From Candidatus Binatia bacterium (lineage in GTDB: Bacteria > Desulfobacterota > Binatia > HRBIN30): a DNA stretch of 64,000 nt. A program made the position numbers and the translations under genes. Each line of letters starts with the position of its first letter. The stretch's first letter is position 1. The stretch lies in contig JBBRSP010000025.1 of NCBI GenBank assembly GCA_038245295.1, forward strand, positions 1 through 64,000, read 5' to 3'. The notes beneath the pieces were generated by a model that saw only the letters and a program-made list of their open reading frames with translations, did not search any database and was not told where the DNA came from. This document shows, in pieces, positions 30,318 to 38,495 of this stretch.

Positions 30318-30851
30318 TCAGCCACCCATGAAGGAAACAAATTTGAAGCGGCCGTGGATTTCGACGATCGAGCCCGTCACGACCTCGACCTCCGCGCCGC
30401 TCGGATCGGTGGCCGTAATGCTCAATTTTTCGTGAGCGACGTAGCCCGCATATTCCTTGAGACCTTTGCGGAAGGCCACCGATGTGCGCTTCAGGGTCTG
30501 CCCACCCCAGCGCCCCAGCAGATCGGTCAACGAATACCGGCTCTTGGTGTCCAACAACTGCCAGTAGTAGCGGCTCGTCTTGTCGTCGAACTGGCGCAAC
30601 GGCTTTCCCTTGCCGGCACTGCCAGGGATGATGATGCGACGATACTCTTGTTCGGTCACCCGCAGAGCATCGATCCGCTTCCAATCCTTCGCTTCAACGC
30701 CGAGGAGGAACTCGTCGACCAGAGCATCGATGGATGAGTAGGCACCCTTGAGCTCGAATGAGCTCGGCTTTGCGTGAGCCGCGCCCTTGGCGAAAGTCGG
30801 CGGCGCGGCAAAGGTGATCAAGAGCAGCGTGGCAACGGCGATACGCAACAT
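30318..30851 (-). CDS. Secreted hypothetical protein
   Basis: Signal peptide and basic mature domain; lies within the minus-strand cluster. Confidence 0.65.
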   Translation of the reverse strand: MLRIAVATLLLITFAAPPTFAKGAAHAKPSSFELKGAYSSIDALVDEFLLGVEAKDWKRIDALRVTEQEYRRIIIPGSAGKGKPLRQFDDKTSRYYWQLLDTKSRYSLTDLLGRWGGQTLKRTSVAFRKGLKEYAGYVAHEKLSITATDPSGAEVEVVTGSIVEIHGRFKFVSFMGG

Positions 30852-30877
30852 GGAATGGATTCCTTGCAGAAACACAC

Positions 30878-30973
30878 CCGCCTTCGCCCCCGCCGTGACC
30901 CTCGCCTGCGTTGATCTGGAATCACGAAGATTCCGGCAACGCAGGCGGAGGCACGGGTGGGGGCGAAGGCGGG
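30878..30973. terminator. Long GC-rich hairpin downstream of the beta-helix gene
   Basis: CCCGCCTTCGCCCCC...CGCCTGCGTTG...CAACGCAGGCG...GGGGGCGAAGGCGGG nested inverted repeat; no clear U-tract. Confidence 0.5.
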
Positions 30974-30992
30974 ATGGGATACAGTAACTCTG

Positions 30993-32963
30993 TTACTGGG
31001 TTACGTAGCTGATCCAGCCACCGGGGGTCTGCGTCCAGTCAGTGCCGTTCGGATCGAGAGCGCCCATGTAGTCGGTGCTGTCGAAGAAGCTCGACATGCT
31101 GGCGCCGCAGTCGAATCCGGTGTTCATCATGGCAGCCGGATCGTCGGCCACCAACGAAGCGTTGGTGGGGACGAAGCTGACCGGCGGCCACGTCGGACCA
31201 GCCTGGATTCCCGGGTTGTAGGCCGGGTCGTTGGCCACCGCGTTCTCGAAGACGCGCAGCGTCGGATCGGCAGTCAGCAGAGCATTCCACTCCACCGAGT
31301 TGCAGCCGGCGCCGGTGTTGTTGCCGCCGGTCTTGTTGACCGCGTGTGCAATGCCACTCGCGCCGTTGTTGTAGAAGAGCGAGTTGCGGATGATCAGGTT
31401 CTGGCTGAGGTTACAGTCGCTGAAGCCGCCAGGCTGGCCGGCGTCGGGACAATCAGGGTTGCCCGTGGTGCAGGCCTGACCGACGTTCGTGCCCGTGGCA
31501 CACACCTTACCGGTGTCGGAAACCAGCGTGAACGGATTCGCCGGGCTCGTGCAGGCGGCAACGCCGTCTGTACGAGGCGTCGCGGGGGCCGTGTTACACG
31601 CACCCAAACAGGCGTGAGTCGAGGTTGCCGAGTCACGCAATTGGAGGGCGGACGTCTGCATGTTGGTGATGATCGTCTTGGCAATGCGGCCGGCGGTGCC
31701 GCGGCGTAGGAACGCGCCGACCCACACGCCACCGGTCGGGTGCGTGCCCTGGCCGCGTGAACCGACAACCGTCATGTTGCAGAACTGTGGGACCGACAGG
31801 GCGAGATTGTTGAAACCGTTCTCGTTGTTGTCACCCTCGAAGCCGTTGTTGCCCTGCGCATCGAGGTTGCCGAGGAACTGCGCCGAAGCACCGTACTGCA
31901 GCTTGATGTCGCTGCCGAGTTGCCAGTCGAAGTTGTCGTCACGGTTGGCCGTGGCAACGAAGTACTTCTCACGGATCGTTCCGCCGAACCACTCGAAGCC
32001 GTCGTCGAGACCCATGTGTGCTTGGAGGTAGGTAAACTTGGTCTTGGCACCTAGCGCATTCTGCGTCAGCACGTTGAGCTCGTTGTCGGGTCCGAGTTCG
32101 TTACCGGCGAACTCGATGCGCGTGTAGCGCATGAGGCCGCTGGTGTCGTCGCAATTGGCCGTACCGCCGGCGGGGCCGCCGGTGGCCGGGCTGCATTGCA
32201 CGCCACCGCCGAAGAGGACGCCATTGAGACCTTCCGAGGTTGCCTGACCGCCGGTCACGTTGACGCGCGAACAGCCTTGGAAGGACAGACCGCCCCAGTC
32301 GCCTGAGCTGCGCGATCCGACCGGCTGGTCACTGGTGAAAACGATCGGTTGGGTCGGCGTTCCGGACGCGTTGATACGTGCCGAGAACCCGGCGCCGGGG
32401 CTCGCGCAGTTGGCGGCTGAGCGGAAGACCAGCGCCGACGGGGTGAGAGCACCCTGCACGCCCTTGACGACGGCGCCAGGACGCACCGTCAGAACAACGC
32501 CCGGCGAGACGAAAACTGTTCCGCGGACGAAGTATTCGCAGTTCGAAAGGACGCGATTCGAAGTGATGTCGCCGTCGGCGGCGTCGAGGACGCTACCGCA
32601 CGGCACGGTCGGGCCCTGCGAGGCACAGATCGGCACAACGTTTTTGCCAGGACCGCCGCCGAGGAGCGGGATTTCGTTGATCAGGAGAATGGCGTCGGCC
32701 GTGGTGATCGCGCCGTCTTGGTTCAGGTCGCCACAGTTGAGAATGCCAAGGCCGCCGCACAAGGGGTTGCAGACGGTGGGGTTGGGGTTCGCGGCCGGGC
32801 TCGTGCGCGTCCCGTTGCAGGCGAGGATGGCGCCGACGTCTGCCGTCGTTACCGTGCTGCTGCCGTTGACGTCGCCGTTGGTACACGCGGCGTGGCCTTT
32901 CGCGGCAAAACCGAAGATGCATGCCGCCGCCAAGGCGGACCACATCTGATGTCGAAGCTTCAT
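30993..32963 (-). CDS. Secreted beta-helix-like protein of the TonB-receptor-associated type, with N-terminal dockerin-like pair
   Basis: PIVFTS...GDWGGL...DDTSGLMRYTRIEFAG...NELN...DDGFEWFGG...DDNFDW; N-terminal GDVNGSSTVTTAD and GDLNQDGAITTAD; AGGAG RBS. Confidence 0.8.
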   Translation of the reverse strand: MKLRHQMWSALAAACIFGFAAKGHAACTNGDVNGSSTVTTADVGAILACNGTRTSPAANPNPTVCNPLCGGLGILNCGDLNQDGAITTADAILLINEIPLLGGGPGKNVVPICASQGPTVPCGSVLDAADGDITSNRVLSNCEYFVRGTVFVSPGVVLTVRPGAVVKGVQGALTPSALVFRSAANCASPGAGFSARINASGTPTQPIVFTSDQPVGSRSSGDWGGLSFQGCSRVNVTGGQATSEGLNGVLFGGGVQCSPATGGPAGGTANCDDTSGLMRYTRIEFAGNELGPDNELNVLTQNALGAKTKFTYLQAHMGLDDGFEWFGGTIREKYFVATANRDDNFDWQLGSDIKLQYGASAQFLGNLDAQGNNGFEGDNNENGFNNLALSVPQFCNMTVVGSRGQGTHPTGGVWVGAFLRRGTAGRIAKTIITNMQTSALQLRDSATSTHACLGACNTAPATPRTDGVAACTSPANPFTLVSDTGKVCATGTNVGQACTTGNPDCPDAGQPGGFSDCNLSQNLIIRNSLFYNNGASGIAHAVNKTGGNNTGAGCNSVEWNALLTADPTLRVFENAVANDPAYNPGIQAGPTWPPVSFVPTNASLVADDPAAMMNTGFDCGASMSSFFDSTDYMGALDPNGTDWTQTPGGWISYVTQ

Positions 32964-33013
32964 GCTTGTTCTCCTTCTGACTGGGTTTGTGTCGACCAGA
33001 CTGTGGTCCAGCA

Positions 33014-34612
33014 TTACGGTTCGGTAACGTTGATGCTGCAAGTTACGCCGTCGACTTCGTTGGCGAACTCGTCGAGCGCCGACAGAACCGTGCACGTCGT
33101 ACGGCTCGACTGCGTGACGCAGTCTTCACCCGGAGGGCAGGCCGCATCGCCGGGCTCGCCGCACTCTTGCCACTGGCTGACGCTACAGACGTCGTGGCGC
33201 GGTACGCATTCTTCGCTCTGCGTGCAAACACCACCCTCGCCGGGTCCAGTACAGTCGGCATTCACGCTACAGGCGCTGTTGTCGCCCACGCAGTGCTTCG
33301 GCGCACACGTCGGGCAGACACACTTCTGGAGGAGGCCGGGAAGTGGCCCCGAGGCCGGGCATTGCGAATCCAGCGTGCAGAAAGAGTTTGCGCTGTTGGC
33401 TGTACCGCCCTCAGAGAGCTGCAAGCAGCGCTGGGCGCACTGCGAAGCAACGGTACAAGCCTGACTGGTGGTGACGCTGCACGTCGACATCGCCAGGGGC
33501 TGGCAGGTGTCGAGCTTCAGCTGGAACAGCGCGCCACTGGTGAAGGGCGGCGAGAAGGCAAGATTGACGTCCGTGTGTCCGTCCTTGTCGTTGGCGTTAA
33601 CGAAGGCGCCGCCCGGCGTCATGACAACGGCCGATTGCACGGCCGGGTCAACACCGTTCTCAGGCACACCCGACTGGAACTTCGGGTAGTTGACGCGGAC
33701 GTCGACACCGCCGAGTTGGACCGGCGAGCTCAACGTAACCGCAACCGTACGTGCCGCCGGGGTCGCCGACGCGCCGCAATCCTTTGCCGGATAGACCGAC
33801 AGAGCCAGGTTCTTCGCGTTCGCGAGGGCCGCTTCGGTTACGCAAGTCGGCAACGTGTCGCACGAACCGACGGCCGCGCCATTGGGGTAGCCGGTGATCA
33901 GGTTGGGCGCCGTGCCGCACTTGGCGGTGATCAGGGTCTGGGCCGCCGTCTTGGTACTCTGCACGGTGGGCGCGGTGTCAACCAGACAATCGGTGGGCGT
34001 CCGCTCCAAACCATGGAAGTCCGCCAAAGTCGCCGCTGTATCCGCTGTCTTCTGGCAGCTCGTGGCCGCCTTGAGCATCGCATTGGTGACATTCTGACGC
34101 GCCTTGGAGATGGCCTTGAGGCAATTGATGGCGACCTTGTCGCCATTGAGATCTTTACCGCCGAGCGCGAAGTGGGCGCTGGTGTTCAACACCTCATTGA
34201 TGTTGTCGTACGTCTCCGACGTCTGACCACTCGGATAGTTGTCGAGGGTCTCCGCCGTGGAGGCAGCGGCGCACTTTGGCGCCGGTCCGGATACCAGCTT
34301 CACATCCGTGAGGTTTTGCGACTTGTCGTACTTGCCCCCGTCAATGATGCTGAAGGGGAAAGTGCCGACGCCATTGCATATGTCGCTCTCGACCGACACC
34401 TTGTTTGCCAGCGTGTGGCACTTGTCCTGGCTCGTCATGCCCGTTTTGACGACCCGCGACAGCTCCAAGCCGACGCTATTGCGGCAGCTTTTGTTAAGGT
34501 TGAGATCCTGCGCCAGCACTGGCCTTGTCGAGCCAACCGCCAACGCAAGCATGGATGCGGCGGCTACCGCAAAGCGGCTGCCGACTGCCCCCATCGTTTG
34601 CTTATCTCCCAT
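33014..34612 (-). CDS. Secreted Cys-rich protein with shared C-terminal beta domain
   Basis: AAAGGAG RBS; signal peptide; helical Cys-spaced N-terminal region; VNYPKF...LKLDTC, a Cys-rich insert, then TCTV...GVTCSI. Confidence 0.78.
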   Translation of the reverse strand: MGDKQTMGAVGSRFAVAAASMLALAVGSTRPVLAQDLNLNKSCRNSVGLELSRVVKTGMTSQDKCHTLANKVSVESDICNGVGTFPFSIIDGGKYDKSQNLTDVKLVSGPAPKCAAASTAETLDNYPSGQTSETYDNINEVLNTSAHFALGGKDLNGDKVAINCLKAISKARQNVTNAMLKAATSCQKTADTAATLADFHGLERTPTDCLVDTAPTVQSTKTAAQTLITAKCGTAPNLITGYPNGAAVGSCDTLPTCVTEAALANAKNLALSVYPAKDCGASATPAARTVAVTLSSPVQLGGVDVRVNYPKFQSGVPENGVDPAVQSAVVMTPGGAFVNANDKDGHTDVNLAFSPPFTSGALFQLKLDTCQPLAMSTCSVTTSQACTVASQCAQRCLQLSEGGTANSANSFCTLDSQCPASGPLPGLLQKCVCPTCAPKHCVGDNSACSVNADCTGPGEGGVCTQSEECVPRHDVCSVSQWQECGEPGDAACPPGEDCVTQSSRTTCTVLSALDEFANEVDGVTCSINVTEP

Positions 34613-34654
34613 TCTGTTGCTCCTTTCAGTCTGCGGAAAAGTGTGTGGTGCCGC

Positions 34655-34710
34655 ATGATACGCGGCGCGTGTGACCGGGTGATGGACGCAATGCGACGAT
34701 TCGATGAACT
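34655..34710 (-). promoter_or_regulatory. Pho-box-like array with -10 element heading the secreted-protein/TBDR cluster
   Basis: AGTTCAT-CGAA-TCGTCGC-ATTG-CGTCCAT-CACC-CGGTCAC, then 10 nt, then TATCAT. Confidence 0.55.
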
Positions 34711-34930
34711 GCGACACTGAACCGCCCCGGACGACGGCCCGGGACCCGCTGTCATATTCATGGAGCCGGCAGAATCTCGCGCCGTGGACGGTTGTTGTTG
34801 GCGGCGGAGCCGGTCGTTACGTTATGCGAGGTTGATGTTCACAGAAATTTCACCCGCGACGGCAACGCAACCAGCTAGTTCTCGTCGCGCTGCGGCAACG
34901 CCGGGGCAAAAATATGGAGGATGCGCAAGA

Positions 34931-35296
34931 ATGACCGACTCAGCAGCACCGCGATTATTTCGCCATGCCACCGATGTGGAAGTGTTTTCGCCGGGACAAG
35001 TGGTGTTTCACGATGGCGACCAGGGCGATGCAATGTACGGCATCAAAGAGGGAACTCTCGAAGTCCTTGTTCACGATCAGGTCGTCGATACGGTGGGTCC
35101 GGGCGGGTTCGTTGGCGAAATGGCGCTGCTCGAGCACGCGCCACGTAGCGCCACGGTCGTGGCGAAAACGGACTGTCAATTGGTGAAGATCGACGAGAAG
35201 CGCTTCCTCTTCATGGTACAGCAGACCCCATTCTTCGCGCTCGAGATGCTCCGCGTGTTGGCGCGGCGTCTGCGGGCGACGAACGAGCGTGTCTGA
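34931..35296 (+). CDS. Stand-alone cyclic nucleotide-binding domain protein
   Basis: VFHDGDQGD, GEMALL and PRSATV motifs; no HTH; GGAGG RBS. Confidence 0.9.
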   Translation: MTDSAAPRLFRHATDVEVFSPGQVVFHDGDQGDAMYGIKEGTLEVLVHDQVVDTVGPGGFVGEMALLEHAPRSATVVAKTDCQLVKIDEKRFLFMVQQTPFFALEMLRVLARRLRATNERV

Positions 35297-35343
35297 AGCC
35301 GCGACCGGCGAAGCCCTGCCGAGCCCCACACTGGGCGCCGCGA

Positions 35344-36249
35344 TCAGCGCGGCGCCGTGCAGCCGCTCAGGGCGATGTTCACCGCGCTGATGATGTCCGT
35401 GATATCGATGTCTCCCGAAGCGTCCACATCACCGGCCACACAGGTCGAGTAGGCCCCCTCCCCAAGCGCGACGCGCACCAGCTTGATCAATTCATCGATC
35501 GTGACCTGACCGCTCCCATCACAATCGCCGGCGCAGACTCGAGGAGTCGGCGTGGCTGTCGCGGTTGCTGCCAATGTCGGCGTCGCCGTGGATTTCACCG
35601 ACGGTGTCGGCGTCGCGGTCGGTGTCTCGGACGGCGACGCGATCGATGTCTCCGTTGGTGTCTCCGTCGGTGCGGCTTCGGCCGGGATCACCTGAACCTC
35701 GAACGTGGTGCTGGCCGCCTTATCACCGATGATGCTGCCGGTGTGGTTGGTGCTATTGCCGGCGCCGTAGAGAATGTACGTCCCCGTTGCCGCAGGGGCC
35801 TGCCAGGTGAAGTTCCAAGCAGCAACGCCATTCGCGTCGTTCAGCTTGCCCCCCGGCTGGCCGTGCGGCGGCGGCGCGTGCGTCAGCTCGCCATCGATCA
35901 GGATTTCCTGCTCGCCCTCGATCGTTACCAACTCGCCACCATCAGCAGAGACATCGAGCCCCGCCGCTACCTGCGTGGCCGGTGCCTGCGACTGGACGAC
36001 AAAGCGAAACGTAGCCGTCGCCCCGGCCACTACGTGCTCGGGGCCTTCGAAAGACACGAGCGGAGCGACGGTGGTGGGACGGTAGACATTGTGACACGCC
36101 GTGCAGATCGCACCTTCGCCGACTGTAGCGGCGTTGCCGGAGTAGCCGGCAATCCCTTCCGCAAAGGCAAACGCGCCGGTCGGTCGAATCAGCAATCCCA
36201 CCAGAGCGAGCACGCCGGAAAGACAAACAAGACCAGCTCGCGAGCACAT
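35344..36249 (-). CDS. Secreted protein: CxxCH motif, Reeler-like (choice-of-anchor V type) domain, T/P linker, dockerin-like module
   Basis: CTACH; ELTH; WNFTWQAP...GNSTN; CAGDCDGSGQVTIDEL. Confidence 0.78.
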   Translation of the reverse strand: MCSRAGLVCLSGVLALVGLLIRPTGAFAFAEGIAGYSGNAATVGEGAICTACHNVYRPTTVAPLVSFEGPEHVVAGATATFRFVVQSQAPATQVAAGLDVSADGGELVTIEGEQEILIDGELTHAPPPHGQPGGKLNDANGVAAWNFTWQAPAATGTYILYGAGNSTNHTGSIIGDKAASTTFEVQVIPAEAAPTETPTETSIASPSETPTATPTPSVKSTATPTLAATATATPTPRVCAGDCDGSGQVTIDELIKLVRVALGEGAYSTCVAGDVDASGDIDITDIISAVNIALSGCTAPR

Positions 36250-36322
36250 ACAGAAACCTCCGTCCCCCCGGACGCGCGGGTCTGCTTAGGGCTTGCCTGC
36301 TGGTTGGTCAAAAGAAGACTTC

Positions 36323-36340
36323 ACGACAGCGCGATGACGG
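36323..36340 (-). promoter_or_regulatory. Pho-box-like pair upstream of the 35344-36249 gene
   Basis: Minus strand CCGTCAT-CGCG-CTGTCGT. Confidence 0.45.
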
Positions 36341-36399
36341 GACCAAGTCACCGTATCGCAATCAGCGTATTGCCGGCTGGCGGGTCGTGGATCCCATCG

Positions 36400-36428
36400 C
36401 GGAGGGCGCCACGGAGTGGCGCCCTCCG
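36400..36428. terminator. Perfect hairpin (terminator or REP)
   Basis: CGGAGGGCGCCAC-GGA-GTGGCGCCCTCCG, about 40 nt past the stop of the 36468-38183 gene. Confidence 0.5.
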
Positions 36429-36467
36429 ATTGGAGACCTCGGCGAGCGTGGATGCCGAATTGAAAAA

Positions 36468-38183
36468 CTACCGTCTCGAACCCGGACACGATGGATTCAC
36501 CACCGGCAAGGACCCACCGTTGATGCGCACCGCGCCGAAGGTGCTGCCCTCGAGGCGAATCTGATCGGCAACGCTGCTGCCGAGTACCTGCGCGAAGCCG
36601 GTGGCGTAGCCGCAGAAGCCGTCGGCCGAAGTGGCTTTGCCGATAAGATGGAACTCGCCGAGTTGCAGGAACGGATCGTCGAGCAACGGGAACGACGGGC
36701 CTGGCACCGGCTGCATGCCAAGGCTGGCATCGAAGCTACCGTCGGCCGCAACAACGACATTGGGCGCCGACCATGCCGTTCCGACGGGCTCCTTCGTCAT
36801 CGCGTCGAGCGGCTGCAGGGAGAGATCCAGAGTCGCTCCATTCAATGCGACACTGGCGCGCAGGTACAATGACTGCGCCGGCCAGATCACCGGCGCCAAG
36901 ACCAGATAGTGCTCGCCAGAAATTGCAAAGTTCGCATTGCCCGGCGGCAATGGTGGTGGGATACAGGCGCGCTTCGCGGGCGGATGCGTGCAGGTGGTGG
37001 GTGCTTGATCAAAGTCGATTGTCGCCAGCCAGATGTCGCTTGGCGTGAACTGCCCCTCCAACCAAGGGATATCACGGTCGACGTGACTGCTGTACCACGA
37101 CAACAGAGATGTGCTGGCGCTGAGCGGCACAACCGCGGTGTACGCGGTGTCTCCCGAGCTCTTGAGGTCCTCGATCTCACACACTTCGATCGGCGCCGCC
37201 GGATCGCTGAGATCGCCGCGCAGTTCGTACGCCGTCGTGCGCTTGTACGTACACGGCAGATGTTTGCGGGCGAAGACGAAACTGCGCGTCTGCGTACCGT
37301 TGGGACGCAGCACCCACGTCGGACCGTCCAGTCGTGCTTCGATGCGCCGGCCGCACTCCCACGTGGTGAACGGCTCGTGCGCCGTGCAGATGGCGGTCTG
37401 CCCATCGGCGATGATGTCTTGATTGTCGAGGCGCACCAGCGACACGGCGATCTCGCTATTGGCACCGAAGAACTGCAACTCCGCTTCACTCGGAACATCG
37501 CGCGGCGAGCTGATGATGACGCTGCGCTTCTGCCACGTTACGCCGTCGTCGGAGGCGAAAAACCCGACCTTGCTGTCGCCGTCATTGTAGCCCGTCGCAA
37601 ACACCGTCGTGCGGGGGATGCCGCCATCACTGTAGGTGCGTTTGGTGAAGCGCCAGAAGCCCCAATAGGTCTCGTTGCCACCGGCGGTAACGTCGGTGAA
37701 TGTCTTCTCGGGCAACGACCACGTGTGGCCGCCGTCCGTCGACTCGGCGCGCACCGTCCACGCCTCGCCGAAGAGATCGCGGTAATGCGCCCCCGGAACA
37801 CGACTGATGCAATAGAGGAAGAGCCGGCCACCCATCTCCACCAGTTTCGGATCGCGGATGTCACGCCCGCCCGGCAGCATGCTGCCGCTCACTTCGCTGA
37901 TCTTGGTGAACGACTTGCCGTTGTCCGTCGATTCGAAGACGTTGATGTGAGCCCGCGCCGAACCGGTCTGACCCGTCTCGCCGCCGCGGAAGACGAGCAG
38001 AATGCGCTCGCCGAGCTTGATCATCTCGGTATTCTCGCTGTGTAAGCCGTCGGAGTAGACAATGCGCTGTTTGCTGACAAAGCCCGTCGCAGCGGCGCTG
38101 CCGCCTGGGCTTTCACCGTCGTCACCACACCCCGCGGCCACGAGCACTGCACACAAGAACAAAAGCAGTTGTACGCGTGTCAT
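36468..38183 (-). CDS. Lipoprotein with BNR/Asp-box beta-propeller (sialidase-like fold)
   Basis: Lipobox AAGC; Asp-boxes STDNGKSF, STDGGHTW and SDDGVTW; DIRDPKL. Confidence 0.8.
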   Translation of the reverse strand: MTRVQLLLFLCAVLVAAGCGDDGESPGGSAAATGFVSKQRIVYSDGLHSENTEMIKLGERILLVFRGGETGQTGSARAHINVFESTDNGKSFTKISEVSGSMLPGGRDIRDPKLVEMGGRLFLYCISRVPGAHYRDLFGEAWTVRAESTDGGHTWSLPEKTFTDVTAGGNETYWGFWRFTKRTYSDGGIPRTTVFATGYNDGDSKVGFFASDDGVTWQKRSVIISSPRDVPSEAELQFFGANSEIAVSLVRLDNQDIIADGQTAICTAHEPFTTWECGRRIEARLDGPTWVLRPNGTQTRSFVFARKHLPCTYKRTTAYELRGDLSDPAAPIEVCEIEDLKSSGDTAYTAVVPLSASTSLLSWYSSHVDRDIPWLEGQFTPSDIWLATIDFDQAPTTCTHPPAKRACIPPPLPPGNANFAISGEHYLVLAPVIWPAQSLYLRASVALNGATLDLSLQPLDAMTKEPVGTAWSAPNVVVAADGSFDASLGMQPVPGPSFPLLDDPFLQLGEFHLIGKATSADGFCGYATGFAQVLGSSVADQIRLEGSTFGAVRINGGSLPVVNPSCPGSRR

Positions 38184-38238
38184 TGTGGATCCTCAGAGAC
38201 CACAGCGGCAGGGTGACTTCCAGATCGCCGAACGACCT

Positions 38239-38445
38239 TCAGAGCAGGGTGAGTCCCCGGTCGGTCAACCAGTACTCGCCGTCCGCGAGCCGTGCCAGGA
38301 TGCCCTTTTTCACCAGGGCTCGGGTGGCTACCAAACGTTCTTCCGTGTGGAGAAGTGCCCCGGCGATCTGCTGGAATCGGACCTGTGGAACGAAAGCTTG
38401 ATCGAAGATGCGCAGGATCGCGCGTTCCTGGGCCGTGAGAACCAT
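38239..38445 (-). CDS. Small winged-helix-like protein (68 aa)
   Basis: AAGGGAG before the ATG; LTAQERAIL...ALVKKGIL...YWLTDRGL pattern. Confidence 0.55.
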   Translation of the reverse strand: MVLTAQERAILRIFDQAFVPQVRFQQIAGALLHTEERLVATRALVKKGILARLADGEYWLTDRGLTLL

Positions 38446-38495
38446 CGAACCACTCCCCTTCCAGCGACGCGAGTCGGCCTTGCTTCGTCTAAAAA

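Noticed and set aside
30136..30684. N-terminal extension of the TBDR ORF to 1137 aa
   Set aside because: It overlaps another gene and the promoter region; the signal peptide begins near ATG 30135.
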